This document shows positions 37,720 to 47,673 of a DNA stretch of 54,969 bases, in pieces. Made by a program: the position numbers and the translations under genes. Within the stretch, counting starts at the first letter, position 1; each line of letters opens with the position of its first letter. Origin of the DNA: Thermoplasmata archaeon (GTDB lineage Archaea; Thermoplasmatota; Thermoplasmata; Lutacidiplasmatales; UBA184); NCBI GenBank assembly GCA_022750415.1, contig JAKIVT010000004.1:1-54969 (forward strand), in the 5' to 3' direction. The notes below the pieces were generated by a model. That model did not search any database and was not told the DNA's origin. It was given only the letters and a program-made list of their open reading frames with translations.

Positions 37720-40143
37720 ATGCGGACCGGTCGCCGGTTCGGGGTTGCCCCGGCTCGCTTGCTCCTCCTGGCCGCCACGATCGGGATCGCCCTCCTCCTC
37801 TCCGTCCCGCCGCTTTCCAGTTCCGCCGCGGGATCTCCAGCGGTTCCCCGAGCGGTCCACCCCTCGGCATCCTTCCCGCTGTCCGCCGTCGTACCCGCCG
37901 TTTCGACATCGGGGACCCCGGTGAACTTCTCCCTCTCCGGACCGGCCGCGCCCCTCCCTTCCGACTTCTTCGGCTCCACGGTTACGGTGGACTCCGGAAT
38001 CGTGACGAACGAGTCCGATTTCATCCGGGCGACGCCGGCCCGCCTCCTCGTCTGGCCCGGGGGTGGATTCGGAGATCGGTACGACCCGATCGCGGGGCTG
38101 ATGCACGGCCACCTGACGCTCCCCGGCCCGGCCCCGTCGAACGAAACCGCGTTCATCGCCCTCTGCCGGTCGGTCGGTTGCCACGCGATCTTCCAAGTCC
38201 CCGGCGAGATCAATTCCTCCGCTTTCGCCGCGGAGCTTGTGACCTACACCGAGCAGACCCTCGGATTCCACCCCGAATATTGGGAGATCGGGAACGAACC
38301 GGCGCTCTGGCACCACTTCGGCCTTCCGTGGGCGTCCTGGAACCGCACCCAGTTGCCCGCCCCGACGCCGCAAGCGTACGCCGAGGAAGTCCTCGCCTAC
38401 GGCCAGGCGATGCGGGCCGTGGACCCCGCCATCCGCATCATCGGACTTCCCGGCGTCGGGCTGGGCGGGAAGGTCGAGAGCTCGTGGATGACGGCGGTCG
38501 CTTCGCTGGACGGCCCGTGGATCGCCGGACTGGCCATCCACACCTATCCGGCCGGGATCGGGCCCCGCAACGCGTCCCTTCCGGGCTTCCTCGCCACGTT
38601 GAACGGGACCAACTCGCTCACGAGCCGGATCCCCGTGGACCGGGCGGCGATGAACGCGTCGTGCGGCCGTTGCAGCACGCTTCCCCTCTTCGTCACCGAG
38701 CTGGGCTCGGCGGTCCTGTCCGGAACCTACACTCCGTACGTGGAAGGGTTCCCGGACGCCGTCTTCCTCGGAGCGGAGGTTGTCCAGGCCCTCGAGCTGA
38801 ACGTCTCCAACATCGACACGTTCGCGGTCCGATTCACCAACCCGGGGTCCTGGGAGAACGCGACGTCCGACGTTCGGCCGTCCTACACGTTGTTCAGCGG
38901 ACTCCTCTCCCGCCTCCACGGGACGATGCAGTCTCTCCAACCCTCGGGCGGGGTCGGCGGGGTGTACGCGATGGAGGCGACCCAGTCCGGAACTTCCGGG
39001 GGAACGGACCTCTTTGTGGTCAATGCCAACAGCTCCACAGCGATTCAGATCGCCCCCGGATCGATTCCGGGATACCCGGCCGGGACCGCCGAGTCGTGGG
39101 CTTGGAACGGGACGACCTCGGAGCCGGTGGCCAGCTACTGGCCGTCCGGACTCCCAGTGGCATGGTCGGTTCCAGCCGTAGGCTTGCTCCTCATCGAGAG
39201 TCGCTCGGCTCCCTCGGTGCCGGTGACGGTCACCGAAACGGGGCTGGCCCCGGGGGCGCGATGGTTCGTGTCGGTCGCCGACGAGTTCGAGACCAGCGGA
39301 ACTCCCGAGATGACGTTCTTCCTCCCGGCCGGCGGCTACCCGGTCGTTGCGAGCCCGGCCAAGGGCCTCCCGGGCGGAGGACGGGAAGTCGTCTTCGCCC
39401 CCGCCACCGTCGCGGTGGGTTCCGCTCCGGTCGGTTTGGCGGTCGACTACCGGGTCCAGTACCTCCTGCTGGTCGAGGCAACGCCTTCCGGGGCCGGACT
39501 GACCCTACCCGAATCCGGGTGGTACAACGCGAGCGACCCCGTTCCGATCGCCGCGGTCGCCCGGACCGGGTTCGCGTTCCTGGGGTGGTCGCACTCGGGT
39601 CCGACCGGGTACTCTGGGTCGCTCGCGAACACCTCCGTTTCCCTCGCCGGGAAGACGGTGGAGGTCGCGAACTTCACGGCGGCTGCCGCGGTCCCCGATC
39701 CCCCTCCAGTCGGGGGGAACGGGGACCCGCCCGGCCCAATCGCTCACGCGAACCTGGCGCTCCCGGTGGCCGGGGGCTTCGTCCTCGCGGCCATCGTGCT
39801 TAACTTTCACCGACGACGGGAGCGCCCTTCCGCGGTGGCTGCCCCGGAGAGCAAATCGATGGCCATGTCGGCCCAAGGACCTGCGCGGGCGGGCGAACCT
39901 CCGAAGACCGCGGGGGCACCGGGTGCGGGCCGACTCGAGACGGAGGATACCCGCCGCCGGGCCGTCTTGGACCGAGCGCATCGACTCACGAGCCGCATTG
40001 GAGACCTCCCAGCGAATTCGCCCGTGGAACCGGTGGTCGTTGAGGGGCTCCGACGCTCCCTTGCGCTCCTCCGTTCCGCTCAGGTCGAGCAGGCGGACCG
40101 CGTCCTCTCCGAGACCGAACGAGCGCTCGACTCGGGCTCGTGA
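37720..40143 (+). CDS. Secreted, membrane-anchored clan GH-A glycoside hydrolase with surface repeat domains
   Basis: Signal peptide; WPGG, YWEIGNEP (acid/base), IHTYP, FVTELG (nucleophile); ETGL-x-x-G-x-x-W beta domain; GFAFLGWS repeat; C-terminal TM plus tail. Alternative ATG at 37597. Confidence 0.82.
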   Translation: MRTGRRFGVAPARLLLLAATIGIALLLSVPPLSSSAAGSPAVPRAVHPSASFPLSAVVPAVSTSGTPVNFSLSGPAAPLPSDFFGSTVTVDSGIVTNESDFIRATPARLLVWPGGGFGDRYDPIAGLMHGHLTLPGPAPSNETAFIALCRSVGCHAIFQVPGEINSSAFAAELVTYTEQTLGFHPEYWEIGNEPALWHHFGLPWASWNRTQLPAPTPQAYAEEVLAYGQAMRAVDPAIRIIGLPGVGLGGKVESSWMTAVASLDGPWIAGLAIHTYPAGIGPRNASLPGFLATLNGTNSLTSRIPVDRAAMNASCGRCSTLPLFVTELGSAVLSGTYTPYVEGFPDAVFLGAEVVQALELNVSNIDTFAVRFTNPGSWENATSDVRPSYTLFSGLLSRLHGTMQSLQPSGGVGGVYAMEATQSGTSGGTDLFVVNANSSTAIQIAPGSIPGYPAGTAESWAWNGTTSEPVASYWPSGLPVAWSVPAVGLLLIESRSAPSVPVTVTETGLAPGARWFVSVADEFETSGTPEMTFFLPAGGYPVVASPAKGLPGGGREVVFAPATVAVGSAPVGLAVDYRVQYLLLVEATPSGAGLTLPESGWYNASDPVPIAAVARTGFAFLGWSHSGPTGYSGSLANTSVSLAGKTVEVANFTAAAAVPDPPPVGGNGDPPGPIAHANLALPVAGGFVLAAIVLNFHRRRERPSAVAAPESKSMAMSAQGPARAGEPPKTAGAPGAGRLETEDTRRRAVLDRAHRLTSRIGDLPANSPVEPVVVEGLRRSLALLRSAQVEQADRVLSETERALDSGS

Positions 40144-40261
40144 ATTCGGGGATGGCGGACGCCCCGTAGGGGCGAGTCTCGGGTCCCCAGGAAGGGGGTG
40201 GCCCCGCCTCGAGGATTGCCCATGCGGTTGGGAGCGGAGTCGCCCCTCCTCTACCGGACTT

Positions 40262-40738
40262 ATGGCAAGTGCCGAGATATCGACCCGCGGGGGAGAGCAC
40301 CACACGGCAGCCGTTCGACGACGCGGGAGACGGGTTATCGGAATCGGAGGAATCTTTCTCCGGTCCCGCCGACCGGAGAAGCTGGCCGACTGGTATCGGG
40401 ACCATCTCGGGCTCTCGGTCGAGCAGCAGGTCGCCGTGTTCCGGTGGGTCAGCCCCCGGAGCGGGAAGCGCGTGGGGAACACGCTCTGGGCGGTCATGGC
40501 GAAGGGCGACCGCAACTGGGGACCCGGGAAGCCGACCGCGCAGGTGAACTATCGCGTCGCGGACCTCGAGCGGCTTCTCCGCCAGCTCCGGGAGGAGGGC
40601 GTGCCCGTCTCTCCGAAAATTGAGGAGTCGAGCTACGGGAAATTCGGGTGGGCGGAGGACCCTGAGGGGAATCGAATGGAACTCTGGCAGCCTCCCCGCC
40701 GCTATCGATCCTCCGACCGGCATGTTTCGATGGAGTGA
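40262..40738 (+). CDS. VOC/glyoxalase-family protein
   Basis: VIGIGGIFLRS...WYRDHLG...NYRVADL...YGKFGW...DPEGNRMELW. Confidence 0.9.
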   Translation: MASAEISTRGGEHHTAAVRRRGRRVIGIGGIFLRSRRPEKLADWYRDHLGLSVEQQVAVFRWVSPRSGKRVGNTLWAVMAKGDRNWGPGKPTAQVNYRVADLERLLRQLREEGVPVSPKIEESSYGKFGWAEDPEGNRMELWQPPRRYRSSDRHVSME

Positions 40739-40833
40739 AGGCGCGACCCGGTAGAGTCGGGGGCCCCCCTCCGCGGAAGGTACCTCAATTCCTCCCGTTC
40801 TCTCCGGAGACTTCCGCCCGGGGGGAGGATCCG

Positions 40834-41310
40834 ATGTCGAAGCGCGTACCCGTCGCCCGCTACCAGGTTCGAGCGACGTTCCGAGCCCCTCTCGAATTCG
40901 CGTATCGATGGTGCACCGACTACACCTCGAAGGATTCCCGCTACTCCGGCGAGGGGTACCGTCGACGGATTCTCCGTCGCTCGACCCGGTCCGTCGTCCT
41001 CGAGGATCTGTATGACACCGGGACGGGCTGGATCTGGCTGCGGCGGGTCATCCGGCTCGATCCTCCCAACGGTTGGCATGCCGAGTCGGTAGGGAGCGAT
41101 CGCGCCATCTCGGTCGACTATCGGCTTTCGAAACTTCCGGGGGATCGGACCCTACTGACGATTCGGGCACGACGGCGCCCGGACGGCGTCGGCATCCGGA
41201 ACCCGGCCAAGTCCGCCTGGGAGCGATCCGTGGCGGCGAACTGGGCAAGGTTCGGGCGGGCCCTCGAGCGGGAGTACGCGCGGGGACGACCTCGCCGGGA
41301 CCCGAACTAG
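40834..41310 (+). CDS. Hypothetical protein, possibly SRPBCC/START-like
   Basis: GGAGG upstream of ATG; APLEFAYRWCTDY...VDYRL...TLLTI. Confidence 0.65.
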   Translation: MSKRVPVARYQVRATFRAPLEFAYRWCTDYTSKDSRYSGEGYRRRILRRSTRSVVLEDLYDTGTGWIWLRRVIRLDPPNGWHAESVGSDRAISVDYRLSKLPGDRTLLTIRARRRPDGVGIRNPAKSAWERSVAANWARFGRALEREYARGRPRRDPN

Positions 41311-41488
41311 CGCGAGCGAAAGTCCTCCACGGATCAACCGAGGTCCCACGGCGACCGCCTCCGTGGTCCCCGCCCGAACACCTCGCTCGGATGGTCGATC
41401 TCGGCGGGTCAAAGCCCCGAAGACATCAACCAACGCGAAGGAAGCCGACCGGAATGGTCTCGCGGTCCTCGAATCCCGACTGCGGCCC

Positions 41489-42022
41489 TCACTTCGGGGG
41501 ACGATCCTGGATTCGGCCGGCATCGTGCGCCCATCGGATCCAATCGTACACCGGCGCGTCGACATCGATCTGCCAGAGGAGGGCGTTGCACTCACCGAGG
41601 TGCTGGAGTTCCTCCTCAACCAGATGCCAGAGGACCTCCCGAATCGGGATCGAGCAATCATGGTCCGACCCGTGCCCCTCGGGCCTCGCGATCGTGCGAC
41701 CGAGGTCGGCCTCGTGCAGCCCGACCATGAACCGCTGGACGTGGACCTGGAGGTACGTCTCGAACTCCTTCAACTGGGCGACGGTGGGCGGCTCTCCCGT
41801 GTCGGGCTCCGGGGGGGGGAAGGCTTCCGGAGAGCAGTTCCGTATCCAGAAGTACAGCGCCCCCTGGGAGTGCGCCAGGATGTCGAGGAGCGAGGGGTAC
41901 GACGCTCCTCGGTCGCGGGAGAGCTCCGCAGTCGGAAGCTTCGCGAACGTATCGAAGTATCCACGGCGGGCGACGGAAAGATAGGTGAACCAACGCTGCA
42001 GGGTTTCCAGCTCAGCGACCAT
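41489..42022 (-). CDS. DinB/YfiT-family metal-binding protein
   Basis: SLLDILAH...YFWI; LWHLVEEELQHLGE. Confidence 0.85.
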   Translation of the reverse strand: MVAELETLQRWFTYLSVARRGYFDTFAKLPTAELSRDRGASYPSLLDILAHSQGALYFWIRNCSPEAFPPPEPDTGEPPTVAQLKEFETYLQVHVQRFMVGLHEADLGRTIARPEGHGSDHDCSIPIREVLWHLVEEELQHLGECNALLWQIDVDAPVYDWIRWAHDAGRIQDRPPK

Positions 42023-42627
42023 GAGAGTCCACTGTCCGATGCGGGTCGCACCGTACTCCCGCCTAAAGGGGAATTTGTACGAACTTGAGGCCCTGACCAG
42101 CCCCCACGAGTAGGGCGCCCGCCCACCCGGGAACCACTTCGGTTACCCGGCCCGCAGGCACCCTCACGGCGTAGCCCCTCCTCGGGGCTTGGATACCGGC
42201 CGCGGAGCGGGTTCGCGGGCCGCCGTCCACCGGCGCGGGCTAACGCCGAGGCCGGCGCGGGCAGAACCTCGTAGCGGAGCGCCGCCATTCAGGACTGGAA
42301 CATCCGACACGCTTTCAACGCCAACGTTCTTCACATCGCGTACCGTCAGGGCGTAGGCGTTCCCGTGGTCAAGCATGGCTGCCGGCAAGGCGGCTGAAAC
42401 AAGGATTCTGGCTCCGAGGGCGGAATCACCCCCGGAATGTTCGCGAGGGTGACCGTGGACGGGCGACATTCACGAAGGCCGCGCGCGGTCGATGACCGAC
42501 CGCGAGTGGCCTGCGGGTCGCGCGAGATGACGCCCACCGCCACCTTAGGAAACCCACCCCTTGCTGAACGGCTGCTCCGGCGCGGAACTCCATCCCAAGC
42601 GGCTGCAGACGGGCAGGCAATCGGAGC

Positions 42628-42639
42628 TAGCCCCGGGCG
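42628..42639 (-). repeat. Degenerate tRNA-Gln 3'-end copy
   Basis: + strand TAGCCCCGGGCG, 11/12 to TAGCCCCGAGCG at 52205. Confidence 0.45.
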
Positions 42640-42654
42640 AAGCTGGAAGGAGAG

Positions 42655-42676
42655 CATGAGTCATATATGGGACATG
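42655..42676 (+). promoter_or_regulatory. Imperfect palindrome over TATA-like element upstream of the MNT gene
   Basis: CATGAGTCATATATGGGACATG, 16/22 self-complementary, centred on CATATATG about 30 bp before ATG 42699. Confidence 0.5.
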
Positions 42677-42698
42677 ATGTCTGTAAGTGATACAATCA

Positions 42699-43286
42699 AT
42701 GCGTTTCCATCGTTCGCTCGACCTGGTGCTCTCAGGCCCGACCCACCTGCGGGTCCTCCGCGCGCTCTGGAAGAATTCTACCCGACGGTTGACCGGACGC
42801 GAAGTTGCACGGGAGGCAAACGTCTCGACCGCTCAGACCGCCCGGGTGCTGAATGACCTGCAAGATTCAGGCATCGCACGTTCGGAAGCCGCCGGCAAGG
42901 CGTTCACCTGGCGATGGAACCAGGACCATGTCTGGGCAGCCCCGATTCAGCGCCTGTTCGAGGAGGAGGCTCGAATTCCCTCCGACCTATTCCGGGAACT
43001 CGCCCAAATGCTCCACGGGTTGCCGGTCAAGCAGGCGGCCTTGTTCGGGTCAATCCCACGGAGTCAAGAGCGTGGCGACAGCGACATCGATCTATTCATC
43101 GAAACTCGAACCGCCGAGTCGGCCGAAATCGTGCGCGACCAGCTCGCCCACCTACGAACAGGCCTGTGGCGGAAGTACGGGAACCCTCTCTCGCCCATCG
43201 TCATGACCACCTCGGAAGTCCGACGGAGTGCGAACACCGAACTTCTCAAGGCAATCCAACGAGAGGGAATTCTCATCGAAATCTAG
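42699..43286 (+). CDS. wHTH - minimal nucleotidyltransferase (MNT) antitoxin-like protein
   Basis: HTH LTGREVAREANVS...LNDLQDSGI; MNT motif LFGSIPR...DSDIDLFI. Confidence 0.88.
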   Translation: MRFHRSLDLVLSGPTHLRVLRALWKNSTRRLTGREVAREANVSTAQTARVLNDLQDSGIARSEAAGKAFTWRWNQDHVWAAPIQRLFEEEARIPSDLFRELAQMLHGLPVKQAALFGSIPRSQERGDSDIDLFIETRTAESAEIVRDQLAHLRTGLWRKYGNPLSPIVMTTSEVRRSANTELLKAIQREGILIEI

Positions 43287-43294
43287 GTGCATCG

Positions 43295-43717
43295 ATGGCT
43301 CGAGTCAGAAATCTCCCGAAGAGTCGATCCGCCGTTTACCTGAGCCGAGCTCGGCAGCAGGAGCGGCAGATGGCCGTGGCGCTCGAGCATCATCGATGGG
43401 AGGCGGTCGGTCTCTGCGCGGTCCATCTCACCATTGCGTCGGTCGATGCCGTCACTTGCGCAAAACTCGGCCAAGTTTGGAGCGGGGAGGATCACGGGGG
43501 CGTTGTAGACCTTCTCCGAGAAACCGGCGTGGCAGGCGTCGAAGTGACGTCTCGTCAGGTCGCCTCAATCATGGAGTCGAAAACTCGGGTGGAGTATGGC
43601 GCCGAGCCAGCGTCCGGCCCACGGGCCACCGACATGGGAAAGCGGGCGAAACGCGTCTTCGAGTGGGCGGTCGCCACCCTCGGGTCCGAGGATACAGACC
43701 GATCCGACAGGCATTGA
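43295..43717 (+). CDS. HEPN-domain protein (MNT partner)
   Basis: YLSRA...AVH...DA...G...DH...LL...KTRVEY...AKRVFEWA helical HEPN-like pattern; 8 bp after MNT. Confidence 0.78.
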   Translation: MARVRNLPKSRSAVYLSRARQQERQMAVALEHHRWEAVGLCAVHLTIASVDAVTCAKLGQVWSGEDHGGVVDLLRETGVAGVEVTSRQVASIMESKTRVEYGAEPASGPRATDMGKRAKRVFEWAVATLGSEDTDRSDRH

Positions 43718-43794
43718 TCGTGAAGGGCGAGCGACCGGCGGCTCGTCGTGGGTCGACGCGCGGCGTCGGGGCCTCGTCGCACGCTGTTGAGATC

Positions 43795-43813
43795 TAGTCC
43801 CGATCGGATTCAA
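43795..43813 (-). repeat. tRNA-Gln 3'-end copy
   Basis: TAGTCCCGATCGGATTCAA, 16/19 to 52205-52223. Confidence 0.7.
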
Positions 43814-44005
43814 GTCGTGGCGGGGGATGCCCCGCGATGGTCCGGGTCGGGACCTCCCTCCGAACGGTCCTTCGGTGGGGGATCACCGGGTCGAACTACC
43901 TCGGCTGGAAGGAGGCGAAACCGGCGCTCCGCCACCTCATGACAGGGCGCGGTCGAACACGCGGCGGGCGCAGACGTCGCCCCCGCTCGGCGGCTGGACG
44001 CTGTG

Positions 44006-44836
44006 CTAGCTGGAGCGTTGCGGCGAAGTCCAGACGACATCGTCGAACGACCGTCGGAATCCAATCCGATGGTAGAGGGGGAGCCCCATCGGGCTCGCCT
44101 GAAGGCAGGATTCCCGACACCCTACCGAGACGGCATCGGTGAGCGAGGCCACGGTCAGGGCGCGGGCTTGTCCCTGTCGTCGATGGGAGGGCAAGGTCGC
44201 CACGGCATAGATTCCGCCGAAGTAGGCTCCGGGAAGGAGCATGGAACAGGCCACGGGTGTCTGCCCCTCCCACGCGATGTAGCATCGCAGTGGCGCGAGA
44301 CGATGGAAGGGCACCTCGAAGAGCTCCGGGGGCGGAAGAAACTCCGATCCCCGGGCGAGGACGTCCGCGAACTGTTTCGACTCCTCGGGAGACGTTACCG
44401 CTCTCACGAGATGCCGGGCACCCACGTCCGCGCCACCGACCAGGGGAATCGGAACGGTCAGCGCCGGGCGGGACTCGACCTCGGTGAGGCCGGCTTCCTC
44501 TGCGGCGCCGGCCAAGGTCGGCAGGAGCGACTGGTCCCCTTCCAGCCTCCAGCGCTGCGGCCGCTCTCGAAAGAACTCCGCCGCCCGCTCCACGGTCCGG
44601 CGGGGGTCGCTGGGAGGGGTCGTGACGAAGGCCACATTGAGTTCGGTGAGGGCGCTCCCCGAGTCGATGAGCAAGAGTTCGCGGTCCTCCCGTGTGCGGC
44701 CGTGAGGAAAACCCTCGGCGAACCGCCGATAGGCCGCCCGGATGTTGCCGAGCGCCTCCATCGACCCAAGGCCCGGCCGGAGCACCCCTCGGTCCCTCTC
44801 TCGGCTTCCGATTGGGTCTCGCGTGCCCAGGGCCAA
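44006..44836 (-). CDS. GNAT-family acetyltransferase
   Basis: GIYAVATLPSHRRQGQA, LQASPMGLPLYHRIGF; start TTG 44836 or ATG 44761. Confidence 0.9.
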   Translation of the reverse strand: MALGTRDPIGSRERDRGVLRPGLGSMEALGNIRAAYRRFAEGFPHGRTREDRELLLIDSGSALTELNVAFVTTPPSDPRRTVERAAEFFRERPQRWRLEGDQSLLPTLAGAAEEAGLTEVESRPALTVPIPLVGGADVGARHLVRAVTSPEESKQFADVLARGSEFLPPPELFEVPFHRLAPLRCYIAWEGQTPVACSMLLPGAYFGGIYAVATLPSHRRQGQARALTVASLTDAVSVGCRESCLQASPMGLPLYHRIGFRRSFDDVVWTSPQRSS

Positions 44837-44985
44837 GCCCCGGCAGGTAGAAAGTATGTCGTGAAATAAATCAAGTCGACCCGACGCTCCGGTCCCCCGG
44901 TCGGTTCCCTCCCCTTCGGGGGGACGCCCTCCTCCTCACCGAGGGTTTTACGGTTCGGACACTGTCCAGGGACCGGGTTTCTCGG

Positions 44986-46533
44986 ATGAGCCTCTCGCTG
45001 GATGTGCCCCAAGAGCTCTTGGATTTCCTCGTACGCCCGGGCCCCGCGAGCCTGCTGATCCGGGGCGATTCGGGAACCGGGAAGTCCCTGCTTTCGCTCT
45101 CCCTCCTCAACCTCTTCAACGGCCATCGGACCCTCCTGACCGCGCGCCCCGCGGACGCCGACGTCATGGCCCGCCATTCCGGGGCGACCTCGAGATACGG
45201 AGCGGTCGAAGTGATTTCCTCCGACCGTCCCAACCCTCCGGTCCCGACCGGAATTCGCTCCGACAATGGATTGACCGCCGGGAATCTGTCCGCGTCCGTC
45301 GCGTATCCCCGGTTCTTCGACCTGGCTCTCCGGGCGCTCAGCTCCGCTCCTCCCGCTCTCGTTGTCTTCGACTCGTGGGAGGCCCTCGCGAGTGACCCCG
45401 ACGGGATACCGAACAGGGACACCGGAACGGTTCCGTCGCGGGTCGAGCTCGAGCGCAAACTTTTCTCGGCCTGGACCAAGTCGTCGGCCCACCTGGTCCT
45501 CGTCTCGACCGATCGCGCTCGAAGCCAACTCGACTATCTGGCGGATGCCACCTGCACTCTCGAGCTTTCGGAGCTCGATGAGCGCCCGTTGCGCCTTCTG
45601 AGGTTCTCGAAACTACGCGGACGGTCGGGCCGGTCGATGGAGTACCCATTCACGGTATCGGAGGGGCACTTCCGCTGCTTCGCGATCGCCCCTCACGGGT
45701 ACCCCCTACAAAGCCACCGAACCGACCCCGACCCCGAGCCGACATCCTCGACGATGTGGCCGGGCTCGGCGGAATTCGCGGCGGTCTTCGGCCGACTCCC
45801 CCTCGGGGGTCTCACGCTGATCGAGGCGGACCGGGCGGTGCCGCTCGATGTCGTCCGGATGCTCACCGTGCCGATGATCGCCTCCGCGATCACTTCGCAC
45901 GCGGTCGTCATCATCGCTCCCCCCCCGAGTCTGACCGCCGAGGAACTCTGGAAACCGTTCTCCGATTCGATCTCTCCTGAGGCGTTTGCGGAACAAGTGT
46001 TCGCAGTCGTCACGACGGGGCCGAAAGAGGCCGGACCACCCTGGACCGGCGCGATCCACTCGGCGGAGGCCCCCGGGCCGATGGGGTTCCGGTTCGTGCC
46101 TCCCCGGGAACTGAGCCCCTCCGGACCCGTACATCGCGCCGGTCCGGAAGAATTCGCCGCCCAGCTTCCCGACCTCGAGGCGTTCATCGGTCGCTCCCGG
46201 CAGGATCACGCTCGGTCGCTTTCGATCGGGTACGCCGAGGGGAACCTCGCGATCGGGCGGGCGACGGGATTCCCGATGGACCCGGATTCGTACGCTTCCA
46301 CCCTCCGGGCTTACCTCGTGGGCGCGGGGGCGCACGGGGTGGCGATCGGGCGCCCGGAAGAGCCGCTGTTCGATACGATCCGGAGCTACGCCGGGTTGCA
46401 CCTCAACTTGCGTGCCTACAAGGGTCGGTACATCCTTCACGCGTCCCGGCCGTGGTCTCCGTCCTACGTCCTCGCGATTGCCGAGGACGAGGCGCCGGGG
46501 ATGGGTCCCTACCACTTGATCCCGCTGACGTGA
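44986..46533 (+). CDS. GvpD-like/KaiC-related P-loop ATPase, paralog of 32821-34350
   Basis: LLIRGDSGTGKS, VVFDSWEA, QLDYLAD, KLRG, WPGS...FGRLPLG. Confidence 0.8.
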   Translation: MSLSLDVPQELLDFLVRPGPASLLIRGDSGTGKSLLSLSLLNLFNGHRTLLTARPADADVMARHSGATSRYGAVEVISSDRPNPPVPTGIRSDNGLTAGNLSASVAYPRFFDLALRALSSAPPALVVFDSWEALASDPDGIPNRDTGTVPSRVELERKLFSAWTKSSAHLVLVSTDRARSQLDYLADATCTLELSELDERPLRLLRFSKLRGRSGRSMEYPFTVSEGHFRCFAIAPHGYPLQSHRTDPDPEPTSSTMWPGSAEFAAVFGRLPLGGLTLIEADRAVPLDVVRMLTVPMIASAITSHAVVIIAPPPSLTAEELWKPFSDSISPEAFAEQVFAVVTTGPKEAGPPWTGAIHSAEAPGPMGFRFVPPRELSPSGPVHRAGPEEFAAQLPDLEAFIGRSRQDHARSLSIGYAEGNLAIGRATGFPMDPDSYASTLRAYLVGAGAHGVAIGRPEEPLFDTIRSYAGLHLNLRAYKGRYILHASRPWSPSYVLAIAEDEAPGMGPYHLIPLT

Positions 46534-46994
46534 CTGGGGAGCGGAAAGCGCCCCGGGCGACAGCTCTTCCCAAAGCGACTTCCGACCTGCGCGGGCCCGG
46601 GAGGTAGGGCTCGACGCCATCGTCCTCGCGGGCCGGGCGAGGCGAACGCCGCGTTCCCAGCAGGACGAGGGGCGGGCCGGTCTTTCCCGAAACCGAGAGG
46701 GAATTCGGTCGCAATCACCGGCCCCGGATGCCGAATCTTGGGGCAACCGCGCCCCCAGACGAACCATGGTGCCGGGTGGATTCGTCTGCACCTTCACGAC
46801 AATCCGGATACACGACGAACGGTAGGACCCAATCGAATTCTCGGGAGAGGATCGGGCCGCCCGCCCTCGGCCAAAATCCAAATCGCGAATGGTTTTGCGC
46901 CAGGACCCTTGCCGCCCCGGCTGGAGTCGGAAGGGGTGAAGGGATAGCCGCAATGGAGTTCGAACCCTGACGGGGCGATGCCCCCAGGCGTCCG

Positions 46995-47019
46995 TAGCCC
47001 CGAGCGGGTTCGCCGGCTC
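46995..47019 (-). repeat. tRNA-Gln 3'-end copy with internal deletion
   Basis: TAGCCCCGAGCGGGTTCG (17/18) continuing CCGGCTC, which matches the tRNA after an 11-nt gap. Confidence 0.8.
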
Positions 47020-47258
47020 TTGCCGAGTGACTGGGAACCACTCCTGGCAGGGAGGTCCCTCTTGGACCGCACGCTCCCAGACGGCGTGGTTCTGCCCCCT
47101 CCGAGCCAGTTAGCCAGCCCGGCCCTCCCGAATCGGCCCGGTTGCCGACGGAGAACCATCCGTCCGACCAGCCTCTGCTTCTCCATGCCTCGCTCAATTC
47201 GAATTCAGCGGTGCCTTAATCTCAACTCGAGGCTGGGTACCAGGTTGAGGTGGGTTCG

Positions 47259-47495
47259 ATGGGGTACGGTGAGTACGAGTGGGGCGGCCTGATGAAGGTG
47301 CTCGGAGGGTTCGTCATCCTCGTCGGGATCGGGTTGGCGGGCTACGTGCTGTACCTGAACCGGAACTCCTGGTTGATTGCGTTAGTTCTGTTCGTTGTAT
47401 TCTTGATCCTCGGGGCCATGTTGGTCTCTAAGGGCAGCTACACGCGGAAGCAGAACACTCCGGTGGGGCGCGTCGAGGGCACGACCGACAAGTAG
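47259..47495 (+). CDS. Small two-TM membrane protein
   Basis: KVLGGFVILVGIGLAGYVLYL / WLIALVLFVVFLILGAMLV; GAGGTG upstream; start 47259 or 47292. Confidence 0.72.
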   Translation: MGYGEYEWGGLMKVLGGFVILVGIGLAGYVLYLNRNSWLIALVLFVVFLILGAMLVSKGSYTRKQNTPVGRVEGTTDK

Positions 47496-47673
47496 GGTCC
47501 GGCGTCCAATTTCACCTCCTGGAGCTCCTCAAACTCAACACCTCGGGGGAGGGCCCAACTGGAGACACTGGCGGTCCCGATAGCCAACCTAGTCAAACCG
47601 GCTGACTTTCCAATTTCGGTGTCCCGGTAGGACGGAGGGCGGTGATGGGTTCGCCCCTGTCGGATTCGAACGT

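Noticed and set aside
42030-42620. Possible ncRNA (SRP/RNase P) or integrase remnant in the ORF-poor gap
   Set aside because: No recognisable SRP or RNase P conserved motifs and no tyrosine-recombinase R-H-R-Y pattern were seen; the hairpins are expected at this GC content.
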